Shown piece by piece: positions 1 to 13,020 of a stretch of 64,000 nt of DNA; positions within the stretch are counted from its first letter, which is position 1; every line of letters starts with the position of its first letter. The DNA is taken from the NCBI GenBank assembly GCA_964016885.1, contig OZ024741.1, positions 54,188,001 through 54,252,000 on the forward strand. Direction: 5' to 3'. The notes under the pieces are model-generated. The model did not search any database. It saw nothing but the letters and a program-made list of their open reading frames with translations, and had not been told where the DNA came from. Source of the DNA: Eledone cirrhosa (lineage: Eukaryota). The position numbers were made by a program, and so were the translations under genes.

Positions 1-717
1 ACGGATAGTACGAACTATACGCGGATATTTTACGTCTTGATGTGGTAGCTAAGTATATGTTATGTTAATACCATTACTTATTCGTATAGGTAAGTATATA
101 TTACCTCTATGCTTTATGAAGGTACGTATACTTTCTCGTACGTATAATTTCTTGTATATGTTATAGGCGTATATATTATATTATATATACTCGTACATGT
201 GCATTTGGTTATGTGTATACGTGAGTTTTGCGCTTGTGTGAGTATGCGGGTTCGTACGTATGTAGGGTGTGTATATATGTGAAATTTGTGTTTTCGTTGA
301 CGTAGGTCCGCGAAGATATGTGTATTTACATGTAGGTATGTGTGTGCACACGTTATATACGTATTTATGTGTGTATATTTATATACGTTTATTTAATTAT
401 GTATACACGCACACACACACACACACATGTATATGTATATATGTTTTTAAATATATTTTATGTGTATTTGGTGTATACGTTCGTATGTGTGCGGGTAAAG
501 GCGTTGCGTGAGTTCTGTATGTGCGTGCGTGTTTTTTTTTCTTTTTGTTTTTTTTTGTTTTTGTGTACGTGCTTGTATTTGCATACCCATGGCGAGTGTT
601 TTCGCGTATACCTGTGTATGTACGTATTTGGATGCGTGTATGTATATATTTAATTTCAATTACCTCTGTATTTTATTTAATTTATTCTTAACTCTGAAGC
701 CGAGAATCATTCGGTTT

Positions 718-1001
718 CCTAAATAGAATTTTAGTTTACGACTTCAGTTATACCATTTACGTGGTTTTGTCATTGCGTGTAATTTTTCTCATTACTCCAC
801 GTAATGACGTATTATCTTCGTTTTTTCCGTTCATTGCCAGAGAACGTCTCCGTGAACCACCTAATAGAATATTAGTCTACGACTTTATTTATACCATAAA
901 CGTAGTTTTGTCTTTGCGTGTAATTGTTCTCACCGCACCAAATAATGACGTATTATATTCGTTTTTTCCCGTTCTTTGCCAGGGAACGTTTCCACGAACC
1001 A
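718..1001. repeat. Two diverged tandem copies of a ~142-bp unit
   Basis: cctaa(a)tagaat..ttagt.tacgactt...taatgacgtattat.ttcgtttttt...gccag.gaacgt.tcc..gaacca occurs at ~718 and ~861. Confidence 0.75.
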
Positions 1002-1032
1002 AAGTATCGTCTTCCTGTCTTCCTCCGGTAGC

Positions 1033-1147
1033 AACGTTTTTTGAAATATTTACTTCTGGGTTCACAGGTTGACTTTGTTAGTTTCAGAAGATCCCGTTAA
1101 GGGTGATAGCAGCGATTCTTTGCTTAAACTTTAATCTGTTATTTTAA

Positions 1148-1150
<3 letters not shown>
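1033..1150 (+). mobile_element. Fragment related to the non-coding part of the Helitron at 44.77-46.08 kb
   Basis: aacgttttt.gaaatatttacttctg.gttcacag...agcagcga.tctttgcttaaactttaat matches ~45070-45168. Confidence 0.6.
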
Positions 1151-1218
<68 letters not shown>

Positions 1219-1500
1219 GTCTATTATCTCTCTATCTCTCTATCCATCTATCTTGACATATAATTAAGCATGCCTTCACTCAATGAAAGAACATCTACAA
1301 TAATAAACAGGAAGTAATTTCCACATTATCACCGGGTAACTTTATACCAATATCTTGTGCATATATGTACATGCTTATATATATATACACATATATATAT
1401 ATATATAGGAACATTTTTTCCTATGACCCACTCTATTATCCTAAGTACTGAGTACTTTGGTGCGTTATGTTCCATCTGGTACCTTACCACACTTCCTTCG

Positions 1501-1783
<283 letters not shown>

Positions 1784-2136
1784 AACATTAGGATTGGTGC
1801 TCTGAAATAGCGATGTATACATGAATGTATGTATAGTATATTTGGCAATATACCTTATGTTTAATTAAAATCATTTTGCAGACCTTGCGCTATTATCTTA
1901 AAGTAGTGACTATGTCACTTACTTCTTTTTTCGACAAAGGAAGGGAGAGAAGCTGACAGATTCTGTTCCACACTGTTGGTGTTTATAGAAGCTGGATTCT
2001 TATAGAATTCCAGTAATAATCAGGAACTTATTATTTAGAGCGATTGCCGGTCCGGTGTGTTTGTAAACAAACATCATGTATTAAGCCGTAGTGTCTAGCA
2101 ACCACCGTTGCTCGTTTGTTCAACACTGACAAAGGA

Positions 2137-2179
2137 ACGCTGTACTAGTTTCAAGCTTGTTAGCTATCGTCAGCAACGT
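2137..2179 (-). ncRNA. Type I hammerhead ribozyme, canonical core
   Basis: Minus strand reads ACGTTG-CTGACGA-TAGCT aaca AGCTT-GAAA-CTAG-TA-CAGCGT: stem I, CUGANGA, stem II, GAAA, minimal palindromic stem III, GUA site. Confidence 0.8.
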
Positions 2180-2948
2180 ATACCTTCCTGCCAGATTGTT
2201 GAACGTATATACTTACCTTATGCATATTAATGGCTGAGTAGCCCAATTTGCATATCGAGTGGGTTAATCGGCCGGGTGCACCGAAAACGATAAACGGAAA
2301 AAATGAAACGATATTTCATTTCCCACTCTTAGTACGGCTGTTACTTAAATATAAGTATGTACACGTACATACATATATGTATACCGACGTACAGTAGTAT
2401 GTATATATATATATATATACATGCACACATATATATATATGCACGTATGGATTCACCGAACATTTATTATAATGCTCGGTGTGTTTGTAAACAAACATCC
2501 CGTATTAAACCGTAGTGTCTAGCAACCACCGTTGCTCGTTTGTTCAACACTGACAAACTAGTACAGCGTTCCTTTGTCAGTGTTGAACAAACGAGCAACG
2601 GTGGTTGCTAGACACTACGGCTTAATACGGGATATTTGTTTACAAACACACCGAGCATTATAATAAATGTTCGGTGAATCCATACGTGCATATATATATG
2701 TGTGCATGTATGTATATATATATATACATACTACTGTACGTCGGTATACATATATGTATGTACGTGTACATACTTATATTTAAGTAACAGCCGTACTAAG
2801 AGTGGGAAATGAAATATCGTTTCATTTTTTCCGTTTATCGTTTTCGGTGCACCCGGCCGATTAACCCACTCGATATGCAAATTGGGCTACTCAGCCGTTA
2901 ATATGCATAAGGTAAGTATATACGTTCAACAATCTGGCAGGAAGGTAT

Positions 2949-2991
2949 ACGTTGTTGACGATAGCTAACAAGCTTGAAACTAGTACAGCGT
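2949..2991 (+). ncRNA. Type I hammerhead ribozyme, C3U variant
   Basis: ACGTTG-TTGACGA-TAGCTAACAAGCTT-GAAA-CTAGTA-CAGCGT. Confidence 0.7.
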
Positions 2992-3370
2992 TCCTTTGTC
3001 AGTGTTGAACAAACGAGCAACGGTGGTTGCTAGACACTACGGCTTAATACGGGATGTTTGTTTACAAACACACCGAGCATTATAATAAATGTTCGGTGAA
3101 TCCATACGTGCATATATATGTGTGTGCATGTATATATATATATATATACATACTACTGTACGTCGGTATACATATATGTATGTACGTGTATATACTTATA
3201 TTTAAGTAACAGCCGTACTAAGAGTGGGAAATGAAATATCGTTTCATTTTTTCCGTTTATCGTTTTCGGTGCACCCGGCCGATTAACCCACTCGATATGC
3301 AAATTGGGCTACTCAGCCGTTAATATGCATAAGGTAAGTATATACGTTCAACAATCTGGCAGGAAGGTAT

Positions 3371-3413
3371 ACGTTGTTGACGATAGCTAACAAGCTTGAA
3401 ACTAGTACAGCGT
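3371..3413 (+). ncRNA. Type I hammerhead ribozyme, C3U variant
   Basis: Same motif, next tandem unit. Confidence 0.7.
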
Positions 3414-3794
3414 TCCTTTGTCAGTGTTGAACAAACGAGCAACGGTGGTTGCTAGACACTACGGCTTAATACGGGATGTTTGTTTACAAACACACCGAGC
3501 ATTATAATAAATGTTCGGTGAATCCATACGTGCATATATATATGTGTGCATGTATGTATATATATATATATACATACTACTGTACGTCGGTATACATATA
3601 TGTATGTACGTGTATATACTTATATTTAAGTAACAGCCGTACTAAGAGTGGGAAATGAAATATCGTTTCATTTTTTCCGTTTATCGTTTTCGGTGCACCC
3701 GGCCGATTAACCCACTCGATATGCAAATTGGGCTACTCAGCCGTTAATATGCATAAGGTAAGTATATACGTTCAACAATCTGGCAGGAAGGTAT

Positions 3795-3837
3795 ACGTTG
3801 TTGACGATAGCTAACAAGCTTGAAACTAGTACAGCGT
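3795..3837 (+). ncRNA. Type I hammerhead ribozyme, C3U variant
   Basis: Same motif, third tandem unit. Confidence 0.7.
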
Positions 3838-4048
3838 TCCTTTGTCAGTGTTGAACAAACGAGCAACGGTGGTTGCTAGACACTACGGCTTAATACGGGA
3901 TGTTTGTTTACAAACACACCGAGCATTATAATAAATGTTCGGTGAATCCATACGTGCATATATATATGTGTGCATGTATGTATATATATATATATACATA
4001 CTACTGTACGTCGGTATACATATATGTATGTACGTGTACATACTTATA

Positions 4049-4129
<81 letters not shown>

Positions 4130-4295
4130 CGATATGTGTATGTGTGTACGTCCTGGATACAATCGGCGGTAACCACAGAAGAGAGCTACTCAATACATGA
4201 TGATTTGCTTCGAATTAAACAGTTCTAGTCTTGTAGAAGCCATTTCTATATTAAACACAATATATATATATATATATATATACATACATTAATAC

Positions 4296-4331
<36 letters not shown>

Positions 4332-4469
4332 CGGTGTGTGTATGTGTGTGTGTGTGTGTGATAGCTCCCACCTCTGCAGGTTTAGCTGGCTTCCTCCAAG
4401 GTATATCTCGTTGGAGGTCTCTTGGGTAATTTAATGATAGGGGCCCCAGTTCCTATCATCTCATTTCTA

Positions 4470-4603
4470 CAGGTGAGTGAACTGGAGCAACGGGAAATAA
4501 AGTGTCTTGCTCAAGGAAACAACACATCACCCGATCCGAGAATTGAACTCACAACCTTTCGATTGCAAGCCCAATGCTCTAACCACTAAGCCATGCGCCT
4601 TCA
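4470..4603 (-). mobile_element. tRNA-derived SINE, family A
   Basis: Minus strand has A box tggcttagtggt, B-box-like gagttcaattc and body ccttgagcaagacactttattt; relatives at 47997 and 55845. Confidence 0.75.
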
Positions 4604-5013
4604 CATATATATATATATTGTAGCATGGAAACAGGGAAAGATTTGACCATGCTGTGACCAGACCATAGAGAAATAATGCACGACGTTTCAATGTTTTTGA
4701 CAAGATTAGGTAACGAAATACAAGGCAATTAGAAAATAACGATGAAGATTTTAATATAAATGGTAAAATATATTACAAGCAATTATCTGGGAAATAAATA
4801 TATTTTGTGGAGATTGAAATATAATTTTATGCTACTGAAACACACGTAGCCTACATTCACATATACAGAGGCACAAACGCGCACACACGCACACAAACAC
4901 AAACACGCACTCACACATACATATACACACACACGTGCTTATGTATATACATATATATGTATATATATGTGTGTGGGTATACGTGTGTATGTAGATTTTA
5001 TAACTCGATTATA

Positions 5014-5062
<49 letters not shown>

Positions 5063-5063
5063 T

Positions 5064-5095
<32 letters not shown>

Positions 5096-5441
5096 GTATT
5101 TATATATATATATGTGTGTGTATGTGTCTATGTATATACATATATATCTACATATATATACACATATATACACACATATATATACATATATATATATATA
5201 TGTGTACATACAAATTGATATTATGTATATGTATCTAAGTATCTCTGTATGTATGTATGTACGTATGTATGTATGTACGTACGAGTGAATGTACGTACGT
5301 ACGTATTTTTGTATGTACATATGTCTGTATGTATATATATACATATGTGTAAATACATATATATATATATATATATACATATATATTTCTACGGAAATAC
5401 TTTACATACACACACACACTCACACTCACACACACACAAAT

Positions 5442-5514
<73 letters not shown>

Positions 5515-6194
5515 TGTGAGAGAGAGAAAGAGAGTAAGAGAGGGAAAGAGAATGCGTGTGTGGTGGCGAGAGTCACTCGTCTACATTCATGTGTATAGGT
5601 ATGTGTGCAGTGCTGTGCAGTGTTGTGCAGTGCGTGTTGTAAACCATAACACTATATAGAAGTTCCAAACTGCAAGTGACAATATAATTTAACAGTAGAC
5701 CCAGGGGGTGTATAATTGTAGGGACTATTTTTGTGACAGAAGAGTGCGAGAGGTGGTGTTGGCTTTTGAACAGAACTATCCTTCCATCGTTTCAAGATGG
5801 CGATAGGGATAATGGAAAATAAATCGTGATATGGGAAGAAGAGAGAGGGGTACACCGAAGGGGAACGAGAGGAAGAGTGTGTAAGATAGACAGAGATGGG
5901 GAGGAGATAGAATGAGAGAGGAATAGTGAACAGTGAGAGAGATGGGGGAGGAAGAGGGGAGAAAGTGGGATAATGAGTGAGGGAGAGAGGGACGGTGATT
6001 ATCTCTAGATATATACACACACTCCTTACACCTGTATGTGTTTGTTTGTGTGCGTATATAAGTGAGTATGCATGTATGTGTGTATGTACTGTATATATAT
6101 ATGTGTGTAGTCGAGTTTCCATTTCTGTATGAAAGAAAAGCTGTTACACACACACACACACACAACACACACACACACATATATATATATATAT

Positions 6195-7060
6195 TTAAAA
6201 GTTAAACAAGGTTCAATGAATACAACAAAGAATGAGTTTTACAATAGATTGGAAGCACTCAATAGGTAAAAAGGGTTTCCAGAGTTATTAATATTAATTC
6301 AAAATATTAACAAAATAGATATTCTTGTGATGAATTATATTTTATTATACATATTTCAGAGGTACTGAGTTTAGTTTAACAGTACGTCCTCATCAGATAA
6401 AATAGAAGGAGCAGTGAAAAATCAATAATAATGAGTTCAAATCTCAGGCGATCATTTACAATGAAATAGCTCAAAGAAAGACTATTCTGAGCCGTGTAAT
6501 ATAGATTTTTCACTGCTCCTTCGTTGAGCTGATTTTAGCCCCATACAAACGGCCGTTATTTCTAGCAGCACGAGTATGTGGCTAGCTAGACACTGGATAA
6601 CCGCATGAGGTTACCTCGTGCGCTAAACAGTCTTCCTAAATATTTTGAAGTGGAACATACCAATTTTTATAGTGCTTGCTGAGGAGATCAAAATGTGGTA
6701 TTTTCTTCCACTTTTTCATTATTCGAAACATATTTGGATTTTAAGGTTTAGACCTGTCTACGGAACAGGTTTGATTTTGAAATTTAAATTTGTCCAAGCA
6801 CTACGGCCATTGCCAATACAATTTGTTTTTGTTGATTTATGATGTATTATCTTAAGTCAGGATAGGCAAACTGTAATATTATTATTAGTATATTTCTATC
6901 TAGCTAACATGGTCATTTACAATACAAACATAAATATGAGGATATTTGTGTTTATCAAATATATTGATTTGTGTTAACCTATATTACACGGCTCAGAATA
7001 GTCTTTCTTTGAGCTATTTCATTGTAAATGATCGCCTGAGATTTGAACTCATTATTATTG

Positions 7061-7066
<6 letters not shown>
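6195..7066. mobile_element. PLE-type terminal-repeat element with internal inverted duplication
   Basis: 6417-6503 is inverted at 6980-7066; contains an HHR; flanked by (TA)n. Confidence 0.6.
6338..6404 (-). ncRNA. Type I hammerhead ribozyme
   Basis: Minus strand: TATTTTAT-CTGATGA-GGACGTACTG..CAGTACCTCT-GAAA-TATGTA-TA-ATAAAATA. Confidence 0.7.
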
Positions 7067-7139
<73 letters not shown>

Positions 7140-7159
7140 GCCATTTCTATATATATACA

Positions 7160-8730
7160 TAGTTAATAAATGAAGCAAACAAAAACACAGGAGGCAATTT
7201 TTACACAGTTATATTAGGTTCACGCTTGGTGTAAGCGGAACAGGTTTCGATGTTTCGGACAGAAGTCCTTCTTCCGGAAAGTCTGGGTAAAGAGAGAACA
7301 AATACACGTAGTTAGAGAAGGTTATGGAAGGAAATAAAAAAAGAGAGAGAGAGAGAAATAGGTGGGGGTTAAAGGTGCAGCCTGGATGACAAAGTGTGTG
7401 TGTGTGTGTGTATGTGTGTGTGTGTGTATCGAAGGGGAGAGATTTGTAGATATGAGAGGCTTCAGTCTTTGTCCCAGAGTGTTGTTAAGTGAAGTCTGTG
7501 AAGCTTTAGTTTTATGTGTGTACGTGTGAGTGTGTGAGTGTCGCTTTTTCAGTAAATTCTATGTATGAGAGTGTGTCCGATTGCGTGTGTGTGTATTATC
7601 ACGTGTCTGCTGAAAGAGTGCCTGTGAGTGTGTCTACTGGCAGGTGTGTATATGTGATTTTTTTATGTGTGTGAGTGTGTACGTAAGTGTATATATATAT
7701 GTCTGTGTATGTGATGTTTTTTCATATGTTGGTGTGTCTGTGCGTGTGTATTACTACATGTGTATGATATATTACAAGAGTGTTATGGTGTGATCGGTCA
7801 GTGGGGCTAGTGAGTTGGCGAGTGGTTAGTGGTGTTAGTAGGAACGTGGGGTCAATTAGTAGATCAGTGAGGCATATTTATAAATGTCAGAGTGTACGTT
7901 TGTGCGTGTATGATGGTGTCGGGGTTGTGCGAGTTGGTGGTGTTGGGTAGGTAGGATTCAATCAGCTAATCACCGTGCTGTCTGTCTCACGCAGGCAGCT
8001 CCTCATAGCGTGCAAAGGAGTCCGTAGACAAGATAGGAGGAGGTGCACCGGAAGGAGAGCTAGACACGGAGGGATTGGCCGTTGGGCCCTTGGAAGGTGA
8101 GGGTGTTGGTGATGTGAGGGCAAGTGTGGCAGCAGGATCGAGTGCAGGGGAGGGATCTGGGAAGGAATTTATGGGTAGAAGAGAGGTATGGATGAGGAGG
8201 TTCTGGAAGTTGCGTGCGTGCTTGAAGGTCGGGAGGGTGGGAGTGTGAAGGTCCTGGAGGTGGAGGGTCTGACTGGAGGCGGTGGAAGAGCCGCAGGACA
8301 GATCACTCGATGGGCACGGTGGCGTGATGGCGGGTAAGGGGGAGTTGGAGGTGGTGGGTGTAAGACAGAGCGCTTGGGGTGAGGGCGGTGATATGGTTGA
8401 CGGCGTGGGCGCGGGTGATGGTGTTGGGGACAAGGAAAAGGGTAACCTCTCCGAGAGAAGTGGCCTGCCAAATGAAGGGCCTGGTTCTTGAAGTCGTCAG
8501 CTCGTCTGCAAAGGCGGCGGAGTCGGAGAAATTTGGAGTAGGGAATGTAGCGTCTGGGATGGATGGGTTGGGAGGTGTGAAATCGAGGTAGGAGTGGGAG
8601 CCAATGGGTTTAAAGAAGGCGGAGGTGATGACTGAGCGATGTGAGGGGTCGATGGAGACAGATGTCCAGAAAGTGAACCGGGGGTGGAGATGGGCTGGTG
8701 GAGTCGAGAGCAGGCTGGAAGGATCAAAGA
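7160..8730 (-). mobile_element. Decayed 5'-truncated Penelope-like retroelement (Neptune-like) with 3' pLTR
   Basis: Frameshifted RT C-terminus (SVSIDP..TSAFFKPIGSHSYLDF; IPYS.FLRLRRLC), Cys linker PCTRSCCHTC, and an HHR-like motif near the 3' end. Confidence 0.75.
7244..7281 (-). ncRNA. Minimal hammerhead-like motif in the pLTR (core CGGAAGA, U4G)
   Basis: Minus strand: TTTC-CGGAAGA-AGGAC ttct GTCC-GAAA-CA-TC-GAAA. Confidence 0.5.
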
Positions 8731-8818
8731 AAAGAGAGAAAGACATATCCCTCCGAATTTTGATTATTCAATTCCCGTATTGCCAATACCGTAGCGGTAT
8801 GCCATATATCAAATCATA

Positions 8819-8886
8819 TATTTTATCTGATGAGGACGTACTGAAAAAAACACCACAGAACCTTTGAAATATATATAATAAAGTAT
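8819..8886 (+). ncRNA. Type I hammerhead motif with degraded stem II
   Basis: TATTTTAT-CTGATGA-GGACGTACTG...-GAAA-TATATA-TA-ATAAAGTA; same family as 6338-6404. Confidence 0.55.
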
Positions 8887-8941
8887 ATATTTTGATTATG
8901 CGAATATTTTTCATTTGTTAACATTTTGAATAATATATATA

Positions 8942-9062
8942 TATAAAGAAAAAAAGATGAAATCGAAAATGCAACTGGAGTCTTATTTTTAAAAAATATA
9001 TATATATTTATTTAAAAATACGACTCCAGTTGCCTTTTCGATTTCATCTTTTTTTCTTTATA
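8942..9062. repeat. ~120-bp near-perfect palindrome
   Basis: aaagaaaaaaagatgaaatcgaaaa.gcaactggagtc / gactccagttgc.ttttcgatttcatctttttttcttt. Confidence 0.85.
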
Positions 9063-9471
9063 CTTTCACTCGTGTAGGACACCTCGGTTATTTTTCATTT
9101 TACAAAAAAAAATCACTTTCTAATATATATATATATATATATATATGCAAAAGTTCTATTTAAAATTGTTGGGATACAACAAGTAAATATTTTTATAACT
9201 GATATAAATCACTCGACAAGTATTTGGAGTAGATATACGATATTAATAAAATAAATATGGTTTTATAAATATAGTTTCCATTTATTAATATCGTGTATAT
9301 ATATATATATATATATATATTGTTATACTTTGGGAGGGTCATGTTGCCAATAAGAAACACACGCACCAGTTGCTTTCACTTCAATTTATTATAAAATAAA
9401 TTTATAAATTTAGGAATTTATAAATTTCAGGTTGGTTGGTTATTCCAGAACCAGATGATTGTTCATATATT

Positions 9472-9514
9472 GTCAAAGTTATTTCGACGCACATTCTGTG
9501 ACCTCTTCACTGAC
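9472..9514 (-). ncRNA. Hammerhead motif with C3G change, probably inactive
   Basis: GTCA-GTGAAGA-GGTCAC..GAAA-TAAC-TT-TGAC; compare the intact copy at 63831. Confidence 0.55.
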
Positions 9515-9740
9515 TGGGTATTCTTTTCTTTGTTTTTGTGCCTCTCCTTTGTTCTGTCCTCCGCCATCTTGTTTTTGTGTGTGTTGTGTGCTTAGTTTGC
9601 GCATGTGTTACATCCGGGTGTCTGTGTGTGTTTATATGTGTTTATTTATTTGTTTATTTACATGTTACTGGTTGGTTGTTTGTTCTATGTGTGTGTGTGT
9701 TTTCATTTTGTCCTTAATTGTAAGTTGTGATGTTGCTGTT

Positions 9741-10604
9741 CTATTCATGTTTTCTATTTAATTCTGGTTGGAGTTCATTTATGTTTATTGCCTCTGTGAT
9801 TTGTCTAAACATTGCGTCTTTTCTGTGTGTAAATTCTATTTTTATTTCTATGTTCTCTAATTTACCCTTATGTTCTATTTTAGCATGTTGGTGGAGTACA
9901 GATGATTCTTTACTATCTTGAAGCTCTCGCCAGTGTTCATTTACCCGTTCCCCTATACTAAGAGCTGTCTCACCTATGTACACTATATTCTTATCTCTAC
10001 ATTGTCCTTCAGTACATCTTATGCTAAATACTACATTTCTAGTTTTACAGTTAATATGGGGGCTTAATTTACAGATTATACATTTCGTATCTATACAGGG
10101 GGGTCTTTGAAAAGGGTATGTATTGCTAATAAGTGTTTTTATGGAGTTACCTGGTCTTTCTACTATCTTAATATTGAGTTTATGTTCATCTAGGGCCCTT
10201 CTAAATTTGTAAGCTAATTCTCCTCTAGGGGTTGTATCGATGATCATTACACTCTGGTATTTATTGCTATCATACCATGAGTTTATTCTATTAACCTTAT
10301 TCCTAGTTCTTTCTATTCTATTCCAAAATTTGCTCCTATACAAGGAGCAGGTCCCATTTGTATCATTATTTACATTTTTTTCCCATTTGGTTCTGGCTCC
10401 TCTATATACTTTGATTTTATCTCTCTGATTGTAACCAGAGAACTGCATACGGTGGATGAAGTGTTGTATGTGTCTCTCTAGTTCTTTGGGGTTGCACATG
10501 CGGGACACGTTTCTCAACACCCGTACCAAATCCGCAATCAGTATGTTGATTTTGGTATGGTCCGAAACAGCTGTGTTTCGGTGGATCAGATATTTGGAAG
10601 TCAT
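9741..10604 (-). CDS. PLE polyprotein fragment: RT C-terminus, Zn-knuckle linker and GIY-YIG endonuclease
   Basis: MQFSGY, IKIVERPG, CIDTKCIIC, CKTRNVVFSIRC, VYIGET, LHQHAKIEH, RQITEAINI..LNRKHE. Confidence 0.85.
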   Translation of the reverse strand: MTSKYLIHRNTAVSDHTKINILIADLVRVLRNVSRMCNPKELERHIQHFIHRMQFSGYNQRDKIKVYRGARTKWEKNVNNDTNGTCSLYRSKFWNRIERTRNKVNRINSWYDSNKYQSVMIIDTTPRGELAYKFRRALDEHKLNIKIVERPGNSIKTLISNTYPFQRPPCIDTKCIICKLSPHINCKTRNVVFSIRCTEGQCRDKNIVYIGETALSIGERVNEHWRELQDSKESSVLHQHAKIEHKGKLENIEIKIEFTHRKDAMFRQITEAININELQPELNRKHE

Positions 10605-10804
10605 GGGTTTGGCATAATGGGAATGGAGGATTTTTTTTTTGTTATTAATGGTATCTAACCAGAGCTATGTGTCTAGTACAGGTAATCGAAGGTTGGTGTG
10701 TTTGCTTGGGTAGTCTATAGTAACTCTAATACTCTGGTGGATGGAGTTAGCTATTTGCTGGATGCTTTCCATGGTGTTTTTCTTTAATTCCTGACTGTTC
10801 TCTA

Positions 10805-11492
10805 AAAAACAAATCCTCCATTCCCATTATGCCAAACCCATGACTTTCAAATATCTGATCCACCGAAACTCAGCTGTTTCGGACCATACCAAAATCAACA
10901 TACTGATTGCGGATTTGGTACGGATGATGAGAAACGTGTCCCGCATGTGCAACGCCAAAGAACTAGACAGACACATACAACACTTCATCCACCGTATGCA
11001 GTTCTCTGGTTACAATCAGAGAGATGAAATCAAAGTATATAGAGGAGCCAGAACCAAATGGGAAAAAAAGGTAAATAATGATACAAATGGGACCTGCTCC
11101 TTGTATAGGAGCAAATTTTGGAATAGAATAGAAAGAACTAGTAACATGTAAATAAACAAATAAATAAACAAATATAAACACACACAGACACCCAGATGTA
11201 ACACATGCGCAAACTAAGCACACAACACACACACAAAAACAAGATGGCGTAGGACAGAAGAAAGGAGAGGCACAAAAACAAAGAAAAGAATACCCAGTCA
11301 GTGAAGAGGTCACAGAATGTGTGACGAAAGAACTTTGACAATATATGAACAATCATCTGGTTGTGGGACCAACCAACCAACCGGAAATTTATAAATTCCT
11401 AAATTTATAAATTTATTTTATAATAAATTGAAGTGAAAGCAACCGGTGCGTGTGTTTCTTATTGGCAACATGACCCTCCCAAAGTATAACAA
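10805..11492 (+). mobile_element. Inverted second arm of the same PLE with a ~640-bp internal deletion
   Basis: ORF 10840-11151 is nearly identical to the N-terminal part of 9741-10604, then jumps to the 3' UTR at ~11142; HHR-like motif at 11297-11339. Confidence 0.85.
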
Positions 11493-11549
11493 TATCGGTT
11501 TCAACACACGTTTTCAGATAAAGAATCTTGCTAAACAAATTCAGAAACG

Positions 11550-11586
<37 letters not shown>

Positions 11587-12489
11587 TATATGTATATATG
11601 GCTTTTGTTTCAATGCTATCCTGTACTAAACAACATCTATATGTTTTAGTCACAATTGTATGCAATAGACACATGTATTCATATTGTACATATATACGAT
11701 TTCTTTAGGGACAATAATAAGTATATGATCGACTAGATTGAATATTGTGTTGAAAGTTTATCCAAATGGCTAGACCTTATATGACTGCCCACAGAGACAC
11801 TGGTTATAAACATACGATTTAATATATGAAATAAAATGATTTACGTGCATAGCACACTCTTTACAGTAGGTTCAATTATTGATGCTTTAACAGTATTTCG
11901 TTTCAATACTACACTTTATGACACATTATACCAATATACGTTAGTCAATACTATAGGTAACAAAAATATGCAAACACATTATCTTCATCTAGAATATCAC
12001 CTATAATACTCAAATATTGTATACAAAATCGAAGTGTTTCTAACTCTCTAATATGTCACAATGTCAGCAAACACTATATTTCGCGGGACTCGGCGTGTAA
12101 CTGTCTTTAGTTTACGGGGTGGCTGTCGAGGTGAATAGTCATAGAAATGTTTAGATTTCCCGAGACAGAAGGTGTGGTAAATTATTCATATAATAAGGTC
12201 TATGGTTCTACTTTACTTTATTCATATACACGTAAAGCTGATATATTGGCAGAGTTGATAAAGTGTAGGGCAAAAGTCTAATTCAATTTGTTTCAGATTT
12301 CTAAGTTCAAATATTCATGAGGATAATTGTGCAATCCCCATTTTTCAAGTTGAGGAGATATAGCTCCAATATCTGGCAGTGGATTTAGCGGAAATATTAG
12401 AGCACTGGGTGAGATGTTTAATAGTATCCGGTTCTTTGAGTCCTGAATTAAAATATCGGCGTCCGGCAAGAATCAAAGGCAAAGATCAT

Positions 12490-12612
12490 CGCCCTGTTCA
12501 ACATCACCCGGTTTAACATCACCCGGTTTAACATCACCCGGTTTAACATCACCCGGTTTAACATCACCCGGTTTAACATCACCCGGTTTAACATCGCACT
12601 GTTTAACATCAC
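12490..12612. repeat. 15-bp minisatellite (AACATCACCCGGTTT), ~8 copies
   Basis: Direct tandem copies. Confidence 0.95.
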
Positions 12613-13020
12613 CACATTCAACCAATATTACTATATTGAAGTGAAACATGAATGCTTTCATCCAAACAACGAAAGCACCTTGATGGCACCTACACTCACC
12701 TGCATCAACGCATTCAGAATATAAGCTGGCGACATCTGCCTTTGAGAGACATATCTGCCGGCCTCCCACGCATATCTGTCGTTGTAAGTAAAAGGAGAGT
12801 AAGATTTGCTGGCCAGTGCCATCGTGCCATCTACGAGGCTGTGTTTTGGAAACCACAAGCAGTCACTAATAACAGGGAACGCAAGCTCTCCTACCTCGAT
12901 GTCATCTCCAGAGATTCTGGTATTGAAATACAGGACTTGGCAACGGCAATGAACGACAGACCCACGTAGAGATCAATTGTTGAGTCTATTTCGGCTGAGG
13001 CCACCGAATGATGATGATCT
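12613..13020 (+). mobile_element. RTE-clade LINE 3' fragment
   Basis: LDGTYT..RIQNISWRH..LPRIS..RRVRFAGQCHR; ends in a short (ATG)n tail. Confidence 0.7.

Larger units (their letters stand above)
2052..4046. mobile_element. Retrozyme-like non-autonomous element: ~1.2 inverted units plus ~3.5 tandem 422-424-bp units, one hammerhead per unit
   Basis: gtacagcg recurs at 2561, 2983, 3405 and 3829; 2052-2557 is the reverse complement; the right end merges into (TA)n. Confidence 0.85.
9320..10800 (-). mobile_element. 5'-truncated Penelope-like element (Neptune/Nematis-like) with 3' pLTR
   Basis: DYPSKH..RLPVLD motif upstream of an ORF encoding RT thumb, Cys linker and GIY-YIG; ends in (TA)n. Confidence 0.85.

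Noticed and set aside
2556-4046. CRISPR array or ordinary satellite interpretation of the tandem arrays
   Set aside because: There are no unique spacers or cas genes and the context is eukaryotic; dispersed copies, inversion and HHRs favour a retro-mobilised element.
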